From Carcharhinus longimanus (Eukaryota): 64,000 nucleotides of DNA. A model generated the notes under the pieces. It did not search any database and was not told the origin of the DNA. It saw only the letters and a program-made list of their open reading frames with translations. Both the position numbers and the translations under genes were made by a program. The stretch lies in contig JASCQW010000132.1 in NCBI GenBank assembly GCA_030264375.1, positions 82,496,217 through 82,560,216 on the forward strand. The letters run 5' to 3'. Below, piece after piece: positions 36,625 through 48,070 of this stretch (position 1 is its first letter; every line of letters starts with the position of its first letter).

Positions 36625-37760
36625 GTACATATTTGGAGTCATGATGGCACGGAAGAGGACTGTTCAGCCTGTCGAGCCCATGTTAGCTCTTTGTAGAGCA
36701 AGCCAGTCAATTCAAACCTCACTACTGTCTCACTGACCTTGCACAGACCTTACTTTGCTGAAATGTCCATATGATTTCCTTGCGAAATCATCGGCATCTC
36801 TTGCCTAAAATCTATGACAGTAGTCCTGGTATCATTAGCTAATGGGAGTTAAACCTGTTATAATTGTACATCTCTATCACATCTCATTTTGACCTCCTTT
36901 TTGCTCCCATGGGAACAGTCCAATTTTTCCAAGCTAATCTTGTACCAAAAATCCCTCATCCTTGAATCATTCTGGCATTGAAATCAAAGTGCTGAAAAAA
37001 GCTCAGAACAACTTGTAGTATCTGTGGAGAAACATTTCAAGTCCAGTGTGACTTTTTCGAAGTCCGTTTTGATAAATGTCCTCTGCATCCTCTTGAGGAC
37101 CTTGCATACTTCCTAAAGTATGGTAACCGGAATTGGATGCAGTATGTCAGTTGTGACCACCTAATGCCACTACAGCATATTCCCACATGGTCATTTGTTT
37201 GTAACTCATCAGCCCTGTTCACATATTTACACAAATGCATTGTAAACTTGTTTTTGTATTTCTTGTAGTCACCCCTAGTATGTTGCTGTCTAATATGGTA
37301 CACTTTTTTCTACATTACTATCTAATATTCCCACTCCTTAATGTACCTTATTCCCCTTTCTATATGCTATTTAGTTTAAACCTTTCTAACATTAGTGAAC
37401 CTTGCCATAAGCACATTTATCCCAATTCTGTGGTGGTACAACCCATCCCTTTTGAACAGGTGCTCCCTGGCCCCAATGACCCAAGAACCTGAAGCCTCCC
37501 CCAAAACCAGTCCTCAAGCCACGCTTCAATCCTACACGTCTACCTATTTCTGTTTTGATAGCACATGGCACTGGGAGTAATCTAGATATTACTATCTTGG
37601 AGGTCCTTTTTATTAAACTTGCCCCCCATGCTGAAAATCTGTAGGACCCCTCTTCCTGTTGTTGATGCCATTGTATACTCACACCCTTCCCATTGCTGAA
37701 TGTTCTTCACCCTGGCACCTGTGAGGCAACTTGGCATGTGGAATTCAGGATGATGATATC
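36625..37760 (-). mobile_element. Decayed CR1 pieces (3' end and ORF1 region) with a short Penelope-type terminus at ~36980-37062
   Basis: CR1 tail at 36630-36700; YCIQFRLPYFRK; ORF1-like 37370-37750. Confidence 0.55.
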
Positions 37761-38204
37761 TATGGGAGAACTGATTATTGAAAGGTGACAAGTGTTGCTC
37801 CTTTTGTTCCTCATTCGAGTGCCAATAAACTGCCCATGTTGCTGAGAACTCCACGCTCAAAGCTTCCTCTGGAACAAAAAACATGTATTATCCTTTGCCC
37901 TTGTTTCTTGTCGCTCAACCATTTTTTTTTTTGTATCCTTTTACAAGAAATTTAGTACAGCATTTTAATCAAACAAGTGAATTATAGTTGCAATTTGTTG
38001 TTTTTTTTTAAAAAATACAGATACTAGAATTATGGAAATACACATGATTTCTTGCATATCCCAACCATTGCTTAGAAATACGGTGAATGATTTGGATCTT
38101 GCATGTGATTTGATGTTTGTCAGTTTTTTTACTGATTATTTCAGCAATCATTATTGGAGCAAAGTATACTCAAATGTTTAGGTAACTTTTGTCTTTTGTG
38201 GTAG

Positions 38205-38321
38205 TTTTTTGACCTGAGCTCCAGCACTACATTATCCTCGATGGAGGTAATCAAAGGTGTTGACGATATATTGAATCAAGCTGAATGTGATGTTTGCAAA
38301 GAACTTGAAATTTCAGCCACA
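38205..38321 (+). CDS. STK31: STK31 exon (FFDLSSSTTLSSMEVIKGVDDILNQAECDVCKELEISAT)
   Basis: ttttgtggtag| ... aca|gtaagt; 117 nt, phase 0/0; VCKELEI motif. Confidence 0.92.
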
Positions 38322-38599
38322 GTAAGTTTTTTTTCACCCAGTGTTGTATTTTGAAGAATTTTTTGTTGCATAAATGAAAACAGGTAGGTATAGATTTTTT
38401 ACAATTCATCTTGTTTTTGAGTAGATTTTCTTTTGTGACATATTTTTGCTTCCAGCTAGAGCACTTTTTGATTAAGTATTTCTGACTAGGGATTAATATT
38501 TGTGCTGGGAATGGCATGTTCCTGCACTTGGTGTTGATATCAGGTAGTCCTGATTAGGCAGGTTTGTATGTTTCCTCCAACATTGTGCTTAGTTGAAAC

Positions 38600-40770
38600 T
38601 CAGAATATCTTCCCAAGATTGTCTTGGACTGAGTTGGCATCAGGTGTTTAGAGAACCAACATGAAGGAAAATCCTACTTTTGTCTTCACCTGCCTATCTG
38701 TTGCAGATGTACCTGTCCATGACAATATTGGTAGGAATAGCCATTGCATAGACCTTTGTTGAGATTAAGTTGCATCTTCATACTGAGAACAATTTCCATC
38801 ACGTGTGGTATTATTGCCTTGTTAAATGGGATAGATTCAGGACAGATCTACCAGCTCAAAATTGGGCATCCATAAAACACTGGGCCATTGTCAGCAGCAG
38901 AATGGTATTTAACTACAAACTAACCTCATGCACAGTATATTCCTCACTCTGCCAGTACCATCCAGCCAGGGGATGACCCTTTGGTTCAATGAGGAGTGTA
39001 GAGGGGCTTGCCAAGGTAGCACTAATTAAAAAAACAAAACAAAGTGCCAACCTTGTTAAGTTATAACACGCAACTGCTTGCATATTAAGTAGCAAAAATA
39101 GTAGGGGATTGACAGCGAAAGCCATGGCACAACGAATGGATTGAATCAGAGTTCTGCCAACCTCCACTACATCCAGTCCTGAATAGTGCTGGACAACTGA
39201 ATAACTAAGTGAAAGAGACTCCGAAAACATCCCCATCCTATATGAGGGAACCCAACATCTCTGTGCAAAAGACAAGTTTGAAGTGTTTGTAACTACCATC
39301 AACCAGAAGTGCCGAGTGGATGATCCACCTCCCTCTGAAGTGTCTACAATCTCAGATGCCAGTCTCCAGCCAGTTTGAATCGCTTCAGGTGATAAGAAAT
39401 TGTTCGTAGCACTGGTTATGACAAAAGCTATGGGTTCTGACAATATTCTATCCATCATACTGAAGATTCGTGCTCCAAAAGTAGCTTCAGCCCCTGACCA
39501 ACCTATTTCAGTAAATTTATAACACTGGCACCTATCTGACAATGTAGATCTGACCACAAAAAGCCTGGCAAATCTAATCCAACCATGTTAGCCCATCAGT
39601 CTACTCAATCTTCAGCAAAGTGACAGAAGGTAACATCTGAGCAACAACCTGCTCACTGATGTTCTGTTTGGGTTCTACTAGGTCACTCCACTCCAGATCT
39701 TATTAAAGTCTTAGTCTAAACATGGACAAAATAGCTGAATTCCAGAGGTGAGTTGACAGTGACTTGCCTTTGCATCAAGATAGTATATGATGGGAGTGTG
39801 GCATAATGAAGCCTCACTACGTTAAAGTGAGAGGAATTGAGGGGTGGAATTCTCCACTGGTCAGAGTCATACTTTACACTAAGATGGATGGCTGTGGTGG
39901 TTGGAGGCCAACTGTCTCAACCCAAGACATTGCTGCGGGAATTCATTTAGGTTAGTGTCCTAGGCCTAATCATCATCATCAGTGAACTTCTTTCCAACAT
40001 AAGGTCGGCAATGGGGGTGTTATTTGATACCACGATGTTTAGTACCACTTGCACACAATTCCTCTGGTATTGAAACAGTGTGTGCCAATATGCAGCAAGA
40101 CTTGCACAGTGTACAGGTTTGGGCTGATAAATGGCAAGTCACGTGCCTTGCAAGTACCAAGAAATGACCATATCTAACAATATGGAATTGAACCTATCGC
40201 TAAGCTTCCTACACCAACATCCTAAGGTTTACTGCAGAAGCTTAACTGGACTTGCCATATAAATACCATGTTTACAAAAGGAAGCCAGATAGTGGGAATT
40301 CCACAGCAAGTATCTCTTCCTCCTGATTCCACAAAGCTTGTCTGCCATCTATAAAGCACAACTCAGGAGTGGAGTAGAATGGAATAGTGTCTATTTGCCT
40401 GGATGACTACAGCTCCAACAACCTTTCTGAAAGCTTGATTGATCAATTCCCCATCCCACCTGCACACCATGGCAGCAGTATGTCCTATGTACAAAATGCA
40501 CCCCCACAAGTCACCAAGGGTCCTTTGTTAGCAGCTTCTAAACCCATGACTTCTGCCACATAGACAAGGACAGTAGACAGATGGAAATACCATCACTTGC
40601 AAGTTCCCCACAAATTGCACAGTATCATGACTTGATTGTGCATCTCCCTTTCTGTTGACACTGTGTACCTACACCATCTCAAGAAAATGGTCCACCACAA
40701 TCTTCTCGAGGGCTGTTAGGGATGGGCATTACATGCTGGCACTGCTAGTGATGGTCACACCCAAAAAATA
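38600..40770 (+). mobile_element. Second CR1-group non-LTR retrotransposon (family B), long decayed copy
   Basis: Remnants KAMGSDNI..IILKIRAP, PISLLNLQQ, SAIYKAQLRSG; tail gggctgttagggatgggcattacatgctggc. Confidence 0.72.
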
Positions 40771-41144
40771 ATTTTTTGAAATGTGTTTTTTGGTGAAATT
40801 GAGAATTCTGCCCTCTGCAATCTAGGACCTGAATTGTGATTTCCCAATCTCACTTCAGTTAGAAACCTTACAACACATTTGGTGGTGAGGCTTTAATTCA
40901 CCCAATTTGGCTGAATTGTTGCAGAATTGCAGGGTTGAAAGCACTACTCACTAACTCACTGCAATCCAATTCCTGCTTTAATCCAACAGTTCACTATTCT
41001 TTTGTAACCTGTCCACCAAGAATTACAGTTATTGATTGTGTGTATGAACAGCTGTACGAAGTCTATTTTTTTTTTGGTTGGGGGAAAGGATCTTTTTGGC
41101 CATAGCATGGTAAACTCATAAAATGCAACTCATCCCTTTTAAAG

Positions 41145-41264
41145 CAAAAAGATGATGCTGATATGAAGATAATCCGCAGTGTTTTCATTAAAGTGATGCA
41201 GAAGATCAATGAGGAGCAGGAATTCCTTCTAATTGTACAAAATAAATATGCAGCCAGTGTTCAG
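41145..41264 (+). CDS. STK31: STK31 exon (QKDDADMKIIRSVFIKVMQKINEEQEFLLIVQNKYAASVQ)
   Basis: cccttttaaag| ... cag|gtaatt; 120 nt, phase 0/0. Confidence 0.91.
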
Positions 41265-41464
41265 GTAATTTTATTGTTGTATGCTCGGTACTTAATTTTC
41301 TTTCTGTGAAAATCCATTTTGATGGTAGTTCCAACCTGGCAATAAACTCATTAAAATGTAATTTACCTAAAAACAACTAAATACATAAATATGTAAAATG
41401 CTTTATGTTTCTGTATATGGATATATCGAAAACATGGAGAGAAGTAACGTGTTCCTTTGCATTG

Positions 41465-42145
41465 TAAGAACATAAGAAATAAGAGCAGGAGTAGGCCATC
41501 TAGCCCTTCGAGCCTACCCCACCATTCAGTAAGATCATGGCTGATCTAAATTGGCTCAGTTCCACTTTTCTGCTTACTCCCCATAACCCTTAATTCCCTT
41601 GTCTGTCAAAAATCTATCTACCCATGTCTTAAATATGTTTAGTGAGGTAGCCTCCACCACTTCAATGGGCAGAGATTCACCACCCTTTTGAGTGAAGAAG
41701 TTCCTCCTCAACTCCGTTCTAAACTGCCCCCCACCCACCCAACCCTTTCATTATCTTATACGTCTCTATAAGATCCCCCCNNNNNNNNNNNNNNNNNNNN
41801 NNNNNNNNNNNNNNNNNNNNNNNNNNNNNNNNNNNNNNNNNNNNNNNNNNNNNNNNNNNNNNNNNNNNNNNNNNNNNNNNGCGGCGACCAAAACTGCACA
41901 CAGTACTCCAGCTGCGGCCTCACCAGTGCCCTGTACAGTTGCAGCAAGACCTCTCTATTTTTATATTCTATCCCCCTCGCTATAAAGGCCAGCTTCCAAT
42001 TCGCCGCCTTGATCGCCTGCTGCACCTGCAGACTGGGTTTTTGCGACTCATGCACGAGGACCCCCAGGTCCCTCTGCACCGTAGCGTGCTGCAGCTTTTC
42101 GCCCTTTAAATAGTAATCCCCCCTCCTATTATTTCTGCAAAAATT
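41465..42145 (-). mobile_element. Young, CpG-rich CR1 3' fragment
   Basis: Intact QRDLGVLVHESQKPSLQVQQAIKAAN...LYRALVRPQLEYCVQFWSP; tail reads taagaacataagaa on +. Confidence 0.88.
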
Positions 42146-42527
42146 CTATTAATGCTCCTGTCCGTGCACATTCTAAATAAAACTACTGTGGGATTTCATG
42201 CACATTGTGGCTGCTGTATAGGGTACTCGACACCGATGTGATAATCGTGGATTCTTCCTACTGTCTGATCACTCTCCTTAAATTCCAGTGGGACCATAAA
42301 TTTGTCAGACTGGTCGTTTTGTTTCTCCTCAGATATCCCTTACTTTTGTTTTATTCCTAATAATTTCAATGTGGATAGTGACAAATGGCATTTGTATTTT
42401 TACAATTGTCAAGACTGTTGCAATTTTCAAGAGATGTTCATTAAAAAATGTGCTGGTTTCATTTATAATACTTTGGAAGTAATGAGTTGCTATTCTTTTC
42501 ATTCCCTTTGCCCTCCACTCTTTGTAG

Positions 42528-42659
42528 TTTAAGGAACAAGCTGGACAATGGCTTAATACTTATCCCAGTGTTGGTGATCTGTTGTCAATCAAAAGATCAG
42601 TGAAGAATCTTAAAGCTCAATTGAGGTGGAAACTAGTTGAGAAGAATAATTTAGAAGAT
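42528..42659 (+). CDS. STK31: STK31 exon (FKEQAGQWLNTYPSVGDLLSIKRSVKNLKAQLRWKLVEKNNLED)
   Basis: Long pyrimidine tract, tttgtag| ... gat|gtatgt; 132 nt; LRWKLVEK motif. Confidence 0.95.
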
Positions 42660-42804
42660 GTATGTATAAATTCCGAATACTTGAGAAACTGGTATATATT
42701 TGTCGCACTTTATAAGGCTCACGTGTAAAATTTTATGCCCGACTTTAATTTATGAATTGAAAATTGCTGTCTGACCTGGAAATGTGAGCTCACAAAAAGA
42801 AATA

Positions 42805-42955
42805 CTTCAATTTGCATAGAGCCTTTCATGACCAATGTAAAGCACTACATTTTTGAAGTATAGTCACCCTTGTAATGTCAGAAATGCAGCAGCCGACTTG
42901 TGCAATATGATAATGACCAAATAAATTTTTTTGGTTTTGTTGATTTGAGATAACT
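42805..42955 (-). mobile_element. DeuSINE / L2-type tail remnant
   Basis: ttttgaagtatagtcacccttgtaatgtcagaaatgcagcagcc...gataatgaccaaataa. Confidence 0.6.
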
Positions 42956-43062
42956 AGCCTGTAGTACACTGCACATGGTATAAAAAATGGTTTTCACTGA
43001 AATCAGGATCAACAGTGATAGAACAGAAGTAAGAGAGAAATAAGGAGTTGGTGGGGGGAGGG

Positions 43063-43392
43063 GGGGGGTGGAACAGTGGTTAGCACTGTTGGTTCACAGT
43101 GCCAGGAACCTGGGTTCAATTCCCACCTTGGGTTACTGTCTGTCTGTGTGGAGTTGGCACATTCTCCCCATGTCTGCATGGGTTTTCTCCAGGTGCTCAG
43201 TTTCCTCCCACAGTCCAAAGATGTGCAAGTTAGGTTGATTGGCCATAGTAAGTTACCCCTTAGTGTCAGGGGGGCTAGCATGGTGGTCAAGTGGAGTTAT
43301 GGGGATAGAGCCTGAGCGCGATTGTGGTCAGTGCAGACTCGGTGTTTCAAATGGCTTCCTTTTGCATCATAGGGCTTTTATGATTCTATGAA
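43063..43392 (+). mobile_element. HE1 SINE, full length
   Basis: Head, V-domain, tail tatgattctatg. Confidence 0.86.
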
Positions 43393-43477
43393 TTCTGATT
43401 TCTATTTGGCCAGAATACCTGCTGAAATTTCAGAATATGGTTGATTTTGAGATTGTTGTGAAGTTACACCCTTATAT

Positions 43478-43692
43478 TGGTTCCAGATGACAATAGGCTG
43501 CTCTTCCCTTTTGAGGAGAGCTGATTGGTGGTGATTTAACCTGAGGGTCACCACACCTCAGGTGAGGGGAATGGTTAAGAAGGCAGGGCCATGATGAATA
43601 ACCTTAGCCCAGTACGGGAATTGAACCTGTGCTGTTGGTGCCACTCTGCATCACCTAACCTGCCATGCAACCAACTGAGCTAACCAACTCCC
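43478..43692 (-). mobile_element. tRNA-derived SINE (family C) containing a pseudoknot-forming segment
   Basis: Minus strand begins gggagttggttagctcagttgg (A box) and has ggttcaattccc (B box). Confidence 0.7.
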
Positions 43693-44201
43693 CACCCTTG
43701 TATTACTCACCTACTAAATTACAAATGTCTCCCTTTGTACATAGTAATTAACCTTCATGCCTTTTATAAGACAATACAACTCATCCTCCAAGTTACTGGT
43801 GAGGAGTGCCATGGGCAACTTTTTTTGTACTATGTAAATATTTTTGGAATGTTGGGCCTGTATAAAGTTTCACGCCCTGTAAACTAACTGTCTTTGAAAA
43901 AACATGCTGCACACCTCTTTTACAGATGTCATTGTTCAAATCTTACTGACTTTCGAGTTTGAAAGTTTGAGTTTGGGGTAGTAAGTAAACTAGCTGTAAA
44001 CTTCAAATATTGGATTCCAGATCTTTGAGGCATATTCAACTATATCTGATACAAATTGAACTTGCTTGAATTGTGGTGATGGAAATGCTGTGCTGAAGTT
44101 TCACTAGGATGTCAAGTGATCTTGATTAGAATTTTGTGTATAAGCATTAATTATTTTGATCTGTATGAATGATGTATAATGTATACACAAATTTCTTCTA
44201 G

Positions 44202-44303
44202 TTGGGCAATTATGATGAAATAAAGATGCAGGGGATGAAGGAAGAAATATGCAGACTTAGAGATAACATCTACGAAGAGATCTGCTGCGAACAAAAGGAA
44301 TAT
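44202..44303 (+). CDS. STK31: STK31 exon (LGNYDEIKMQGMKEEICRLRDNIYEEICCEQKEY)
   Basis: ttcttctag| ... tat|gtaagg; 102 nt, phase 0/0. Confidence 0.92.
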
Positions 44304-45224
44304 GTAAGGATGTTGAACCTATGTTTAACTTGCAGTATTTGAGATTTTTTTTGTTTCTTCAGGCATTGATTGGCTGATGTTTACTTCTGTGATGTAGATT
44401 AATGAGGCACAATAAGAATAGGGCATGTTTTTGTGTCAACAAATGTCAAGAATTGCAAATACTGGAAATTTCCTCCAAAATCAGAGGATGCTAACAATGT
44501 TCAGTCTGTGTTGGTCAGCATCTGTGGAGAGAGCAGCGAAGTCCCATTAGTTCTGGTGTTGCACACACTGATGTTTGCCAAGGCAGTCCTGCAGCAATAA
44601 CACATTCAGGGCACCTTAACTAGGTGAGAGTTAAACTTTCACCCCTTGGCAAAGGAAGACCCACCTTTTGAGAGCTGTTGGCCAATCCTATTTTCTGATA
44701 GCTGTAGCAGCACCAGAGCTCAGTAGTGGGTACTGCAGGAACTGCAAGCAGGCTCAGAGGATATTAATGAATCTCAGACTAAAGTATGTCCTGAGCTTTT
44801 AGGGTGGGAAGGGATCAGTGAGCCTTGGGGGAGGAAAGGAAAATAGGTTTCGGGACTATATGGGAAGGAAAGCTTGAAGGGGAGGAGTACCTGATGTGCA
44901 CAGAGCAGCCCTCCCAAACAAAAAAAAACCACCTCGTTCTTCCCACCCTTTCCACAAAGCTATTCAAAAGATGACCTTCTAAATCTTGTCTGTCTGCCCA
45001 CAGCAACTGTTTTATAGCGAGGGCAGTGTATTATTTGGGACAGTTGGCTTGTTAATGAGCTCGATTGGCTGTTGATTTATTTTAAAATGGCAAATGAGTT
45101 CCGTTTACTGGGTCAGGGATGGAAAAGAAGACAATGTGGTAGCCACTCCTTATATTGAGCTGCCCTCCTACCAAAAACACGAGTTGGGGAACGTAAAATC
45201 CATTTATCGTCTCCAGATCTTTTG

Positions 45225-45540
45225 AACATAAGAAATAGGAGCAGGAGTAGGCCTTCTAGCCCTTTGAGCCTGCCCCGCCATTCAGTAAGATCATAGCTGA
45301 TNNNNNNNNNNNNNNNNNNNNNNNNNNNNNNNNNNNNNNNNNNNNNNNNNNNNNNNNNNNNNNNNNNNNNNNNNNNNNNNNNNNNNNNNNNNNNNNNNNN
45401 NTTTCAGAACCCTCGGATGCATTCCATCCGGTCCTGGGGACTTGTCCACAATCAGTCCCTCCAGTCTGTCGAGCACCAGCTCTCTAGTAACAATAATGTC
45501 ATTGAGACCCTCCAGTCCTACCATCTTTCCATCGGTTAAC
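45225..45540 (-). mobile_element. CR1 collapsed across a gap (tail on the left, DKSPGPDGMHPRVLK on the right)
   Basis: ORF 45291-45524; CR1 tail. Confidence 0.85.
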
Positions 45541-45986
45541 TAATCTGGTCATATGAGTATGTCAACATCTCCTCCCACCCTCAAGTCCCTAATGTTAAGC
45601 GCTAAAATGTCATCCCTAACTCTCCATGCCTCTACCTTTGTCATCTTTAAGATACTCCTTCAATCAAGCTTTTGGTCTTCTGGCCTGATTTGCGTGTCTC
45701 TGATTTGAGAATTCATCTGTAAAATATCTTGGTGTTTTACAATTTACAAGTCATACATCAAGGCAAGCTTATTGTTTTCAACTACTTTCATTGCTCTTAG
45801 AATGGGAATGGTTGAAAGATGCAGATACCGTTTTCCCTAGTTGGCATATTAGACAAAGTAAGGGAACGTAGTGGGAGTTTACCATCAGCATGGAACAAGA
45901 TTCAGGTGAATCATCTTTTGAAGCAAATCCTGTGGCATTGTCACTTAAACACTGTCTTTCGCTGCATGCGTGCTAAAAGCTACCTC

Positions 45987-46036
45987 GGTCTTTTCTCTCG
46001 TAATCTCCCTTGGTCTTTTCTCTCGTAATCTCCCTT
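45987..46036. repeat. Perfect 25-bp tandem duplication
   Basis: ggtcttttctctcgtaatctccctt x2. Confidence 0.95.
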
Positions 46037-46240
46037 ATTGCTTGTGCTCAGTGGGTACCCTTAAGATTCAGACCCCCAACTCCAAAAGTTGAAGGAATGA
46101 GAAATTTACCTGAAAAATTGTTTGCTGATGGGAATTGCAAGATTGTGTCAAGTTTGTAAGGTATTTAGGGGAGTTATTTCCAAGATTGCAATGATTTTAC
46201 CAAATCTTCCAGATCACTGCATCTCTTTTTTGCTTTTCAG

Positions 46241-46321
46241 GAAAGACTTGACAATGTTGTTCGGAATTGGTTTCCTGAACTTCCTCTCCTTCATCCTGAA
46301 GCAGCAATCAAGGCTTACATG
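46241..46321 (+). CDS. STK31: STK31 exon (ERLDNVVRNWFPELPLLHPEAAIKAYM)
   Basis: tgcttttcag| ... atg|gtaatg; 81 nt; WFPELPLLHPE motif. Confidence 0.95.
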
Positions 46322-46840
46322 GTAATGGGATTGGAGTGTGTCAACTTGTTGACAATGAGCAGATTTTAATTTTTACTGTCTTTATTTTACTGAGGAGAAC
46401 ATTGCTCCAAATATCTCTTAAACTGGAAGATTAGTTTCTATAATAATGTGCTGGTGCTGCATCAGCCTTGAGCATTGTTAATATGCTGGGTACACACAGA
46501 CTAGATTAGGATATAGAAGCTCCCTTCTTTAGGGAAGGGGGTAAAATAAACTTATTGGATGCAAAAAACAGATGTGCATTTGTGTATTGGCAGCAGAGTC
46601 CTAAGGACCTTTTTCTGGTTGGTACTCCCTGCACAGTCCCTGTCAATTATCTACTCTGAAATTTAACAGAAGAGAGCTACTATAACCTAGTTCAGTCTCT
46701 TTGTACCCAGTGTATTGAGAATGCTCAAGTCTGATGCCACCCACACACTAGTATTATAGAAACTAATTTTCTAGTTTATTTGGAGCAATGTTCTCCTGTT
46801 AATGTGTTGCTTGAGTATATAATTCATTTGTGTTATTTGC

Positions 46841-46975
46841 TTAACCTTAATTTAGCCAGGTAAGCCAGTTGAGAACTAATTCTCATTTACAATAACAACC
46901 TGGTCAAGAGGCTAACACTGCAGCAACATAAATTACCCAACAAGAAATCATTTAAACACAAAAAACAATAAAACT
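46841..46975 (-). mobile_element. LINE 3' tail resembling salmonid RSg-1/HpaI tail
   Basis: ccttaatttagccaggtaagccagttgagaactaattctcatttacaataacaacctgg with nested stems; similarity is from recall. Confidence 0.5.
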
Positions 46976-46977
46976 CT

Positions 46978-47163
46978 AAGTAGTCTCTCAATACCAGGTT
47001 ACAGTCCAACAGGTTTATTTGGTAGCATGAGCTTTCGGAGGGAGTGATGATGGGGCAGTGCTCTGAAAGCTCGTGCTACCAAATAAACCTGTTGGACTTT
47101 AACCTGGTACTGTGAGACTATTTATTGTGCCTACCCCAGTCCAACACCAGCAACTCCACATCA
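46978..47163 (-). mobile_element. Palindromic Penelope-derived element, same family as 35594-35955
   Basis: Arms ccaggttacagtccaacaggtttatttggtagca / tgctaccaaataaacctgttggactttaacctgg; terminus ctccacatca. Confidence 0.75.
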
Positions 47164-47281
47164 ATAAAATACAGATTAGCAGTGAAAGAGAATTGACTTG
47201 ACTGAGACTTAACCCTTTGGTAAATGGCATCCATGCTAATAAAATGAGTTGGCCAATTAATTGAAGTGCAGGACATGCAAG

Positions 47282-48070
47282 TGCATGTCCCCACAAAAAT
47301 GAAGATAGAACTGGCAGGATTTGGGAACCATGGATGACAAAGGAAATTGTAAACTTAGTCAAAAGGAAGCATACTGTCTAGCATCTAAAAATTGACGAAG
47401 CCCTCAGTATAGTGGAAGTAGGAAGGAACTTAAACATGGAATTGGGAAGGCTAAAAGGAGCCATTTGTTTTTAGCAAACAGGGTCAAGGAGAATCCCAAG
47501 GCTTTTTATGCATATATTTGAGCAAGTGGGCAGCAAGAAAAACAAGTAGGCCCACTCAAGGGACAATGGAGGGACGTTATGCNNNNNNNNNNNNNNNNNN
47601 NNNNNNNNNNNNNNNNNNNNNNNNNNNNNNNNNNNNNNNNNNNNNNNNNNNNNNNNNNNNNNNNNNNNNNNNNNNNNNNNNNNNNNNNNNNNNNNNNNNN
47701 NNNNNNNNNNNNNNNNNNNNNNNNNNNNNNNNNNNNNNNNNNNNNNNNNNNNNNNNNNNNNNNNNNNNNNNNNNNNNNNNNNNNNNNNNNNNNNNNNNNN
47801 NNNNNNNNNNNNNNNNNNNNNNNNNNNNNNNNNNNNNNNNNNNNNNNNNNNNNNNNNNNNNNNNNNNNNNNNNNNNNNNNNNNNNNNNNNNNNNNNNNNN
47901 NNNNNNNNNNNNNNNNNNNNNNNNNNNNNNNNNNNNNNNNNNNNNNNNNNNNNNNNNNNNNNNNNNNNNNNNNNNNNNNNNNNNNNNNNNNNNNNNNNNN
48001 NNNNNNNNNNNNNNNNNNNNNNNNCATCGTGGGCCGAAGGGCCTGTTCTGCGCTGTTATGTTCTATAACA
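47282..48070 (+). mobile_element. CR1 collapsed across a gap
   Basis: PWMTKEIVNLVK and RVKENPKAFY before the gap; tail gggccgaagggcctgttctg after it. Confidence 0.75.

Noticed and set aside
38913-39557. 214-aa ORF on the minus strand
   Set aside because: Antisense to a decayed LINE, with no recognisable domain.
43620-43692. tRNA-like A/B boxes here and in HE1 heads
   Set aside because: No complete cloverleaf, and they continue into SINE bodies, so not called tRNA genes.
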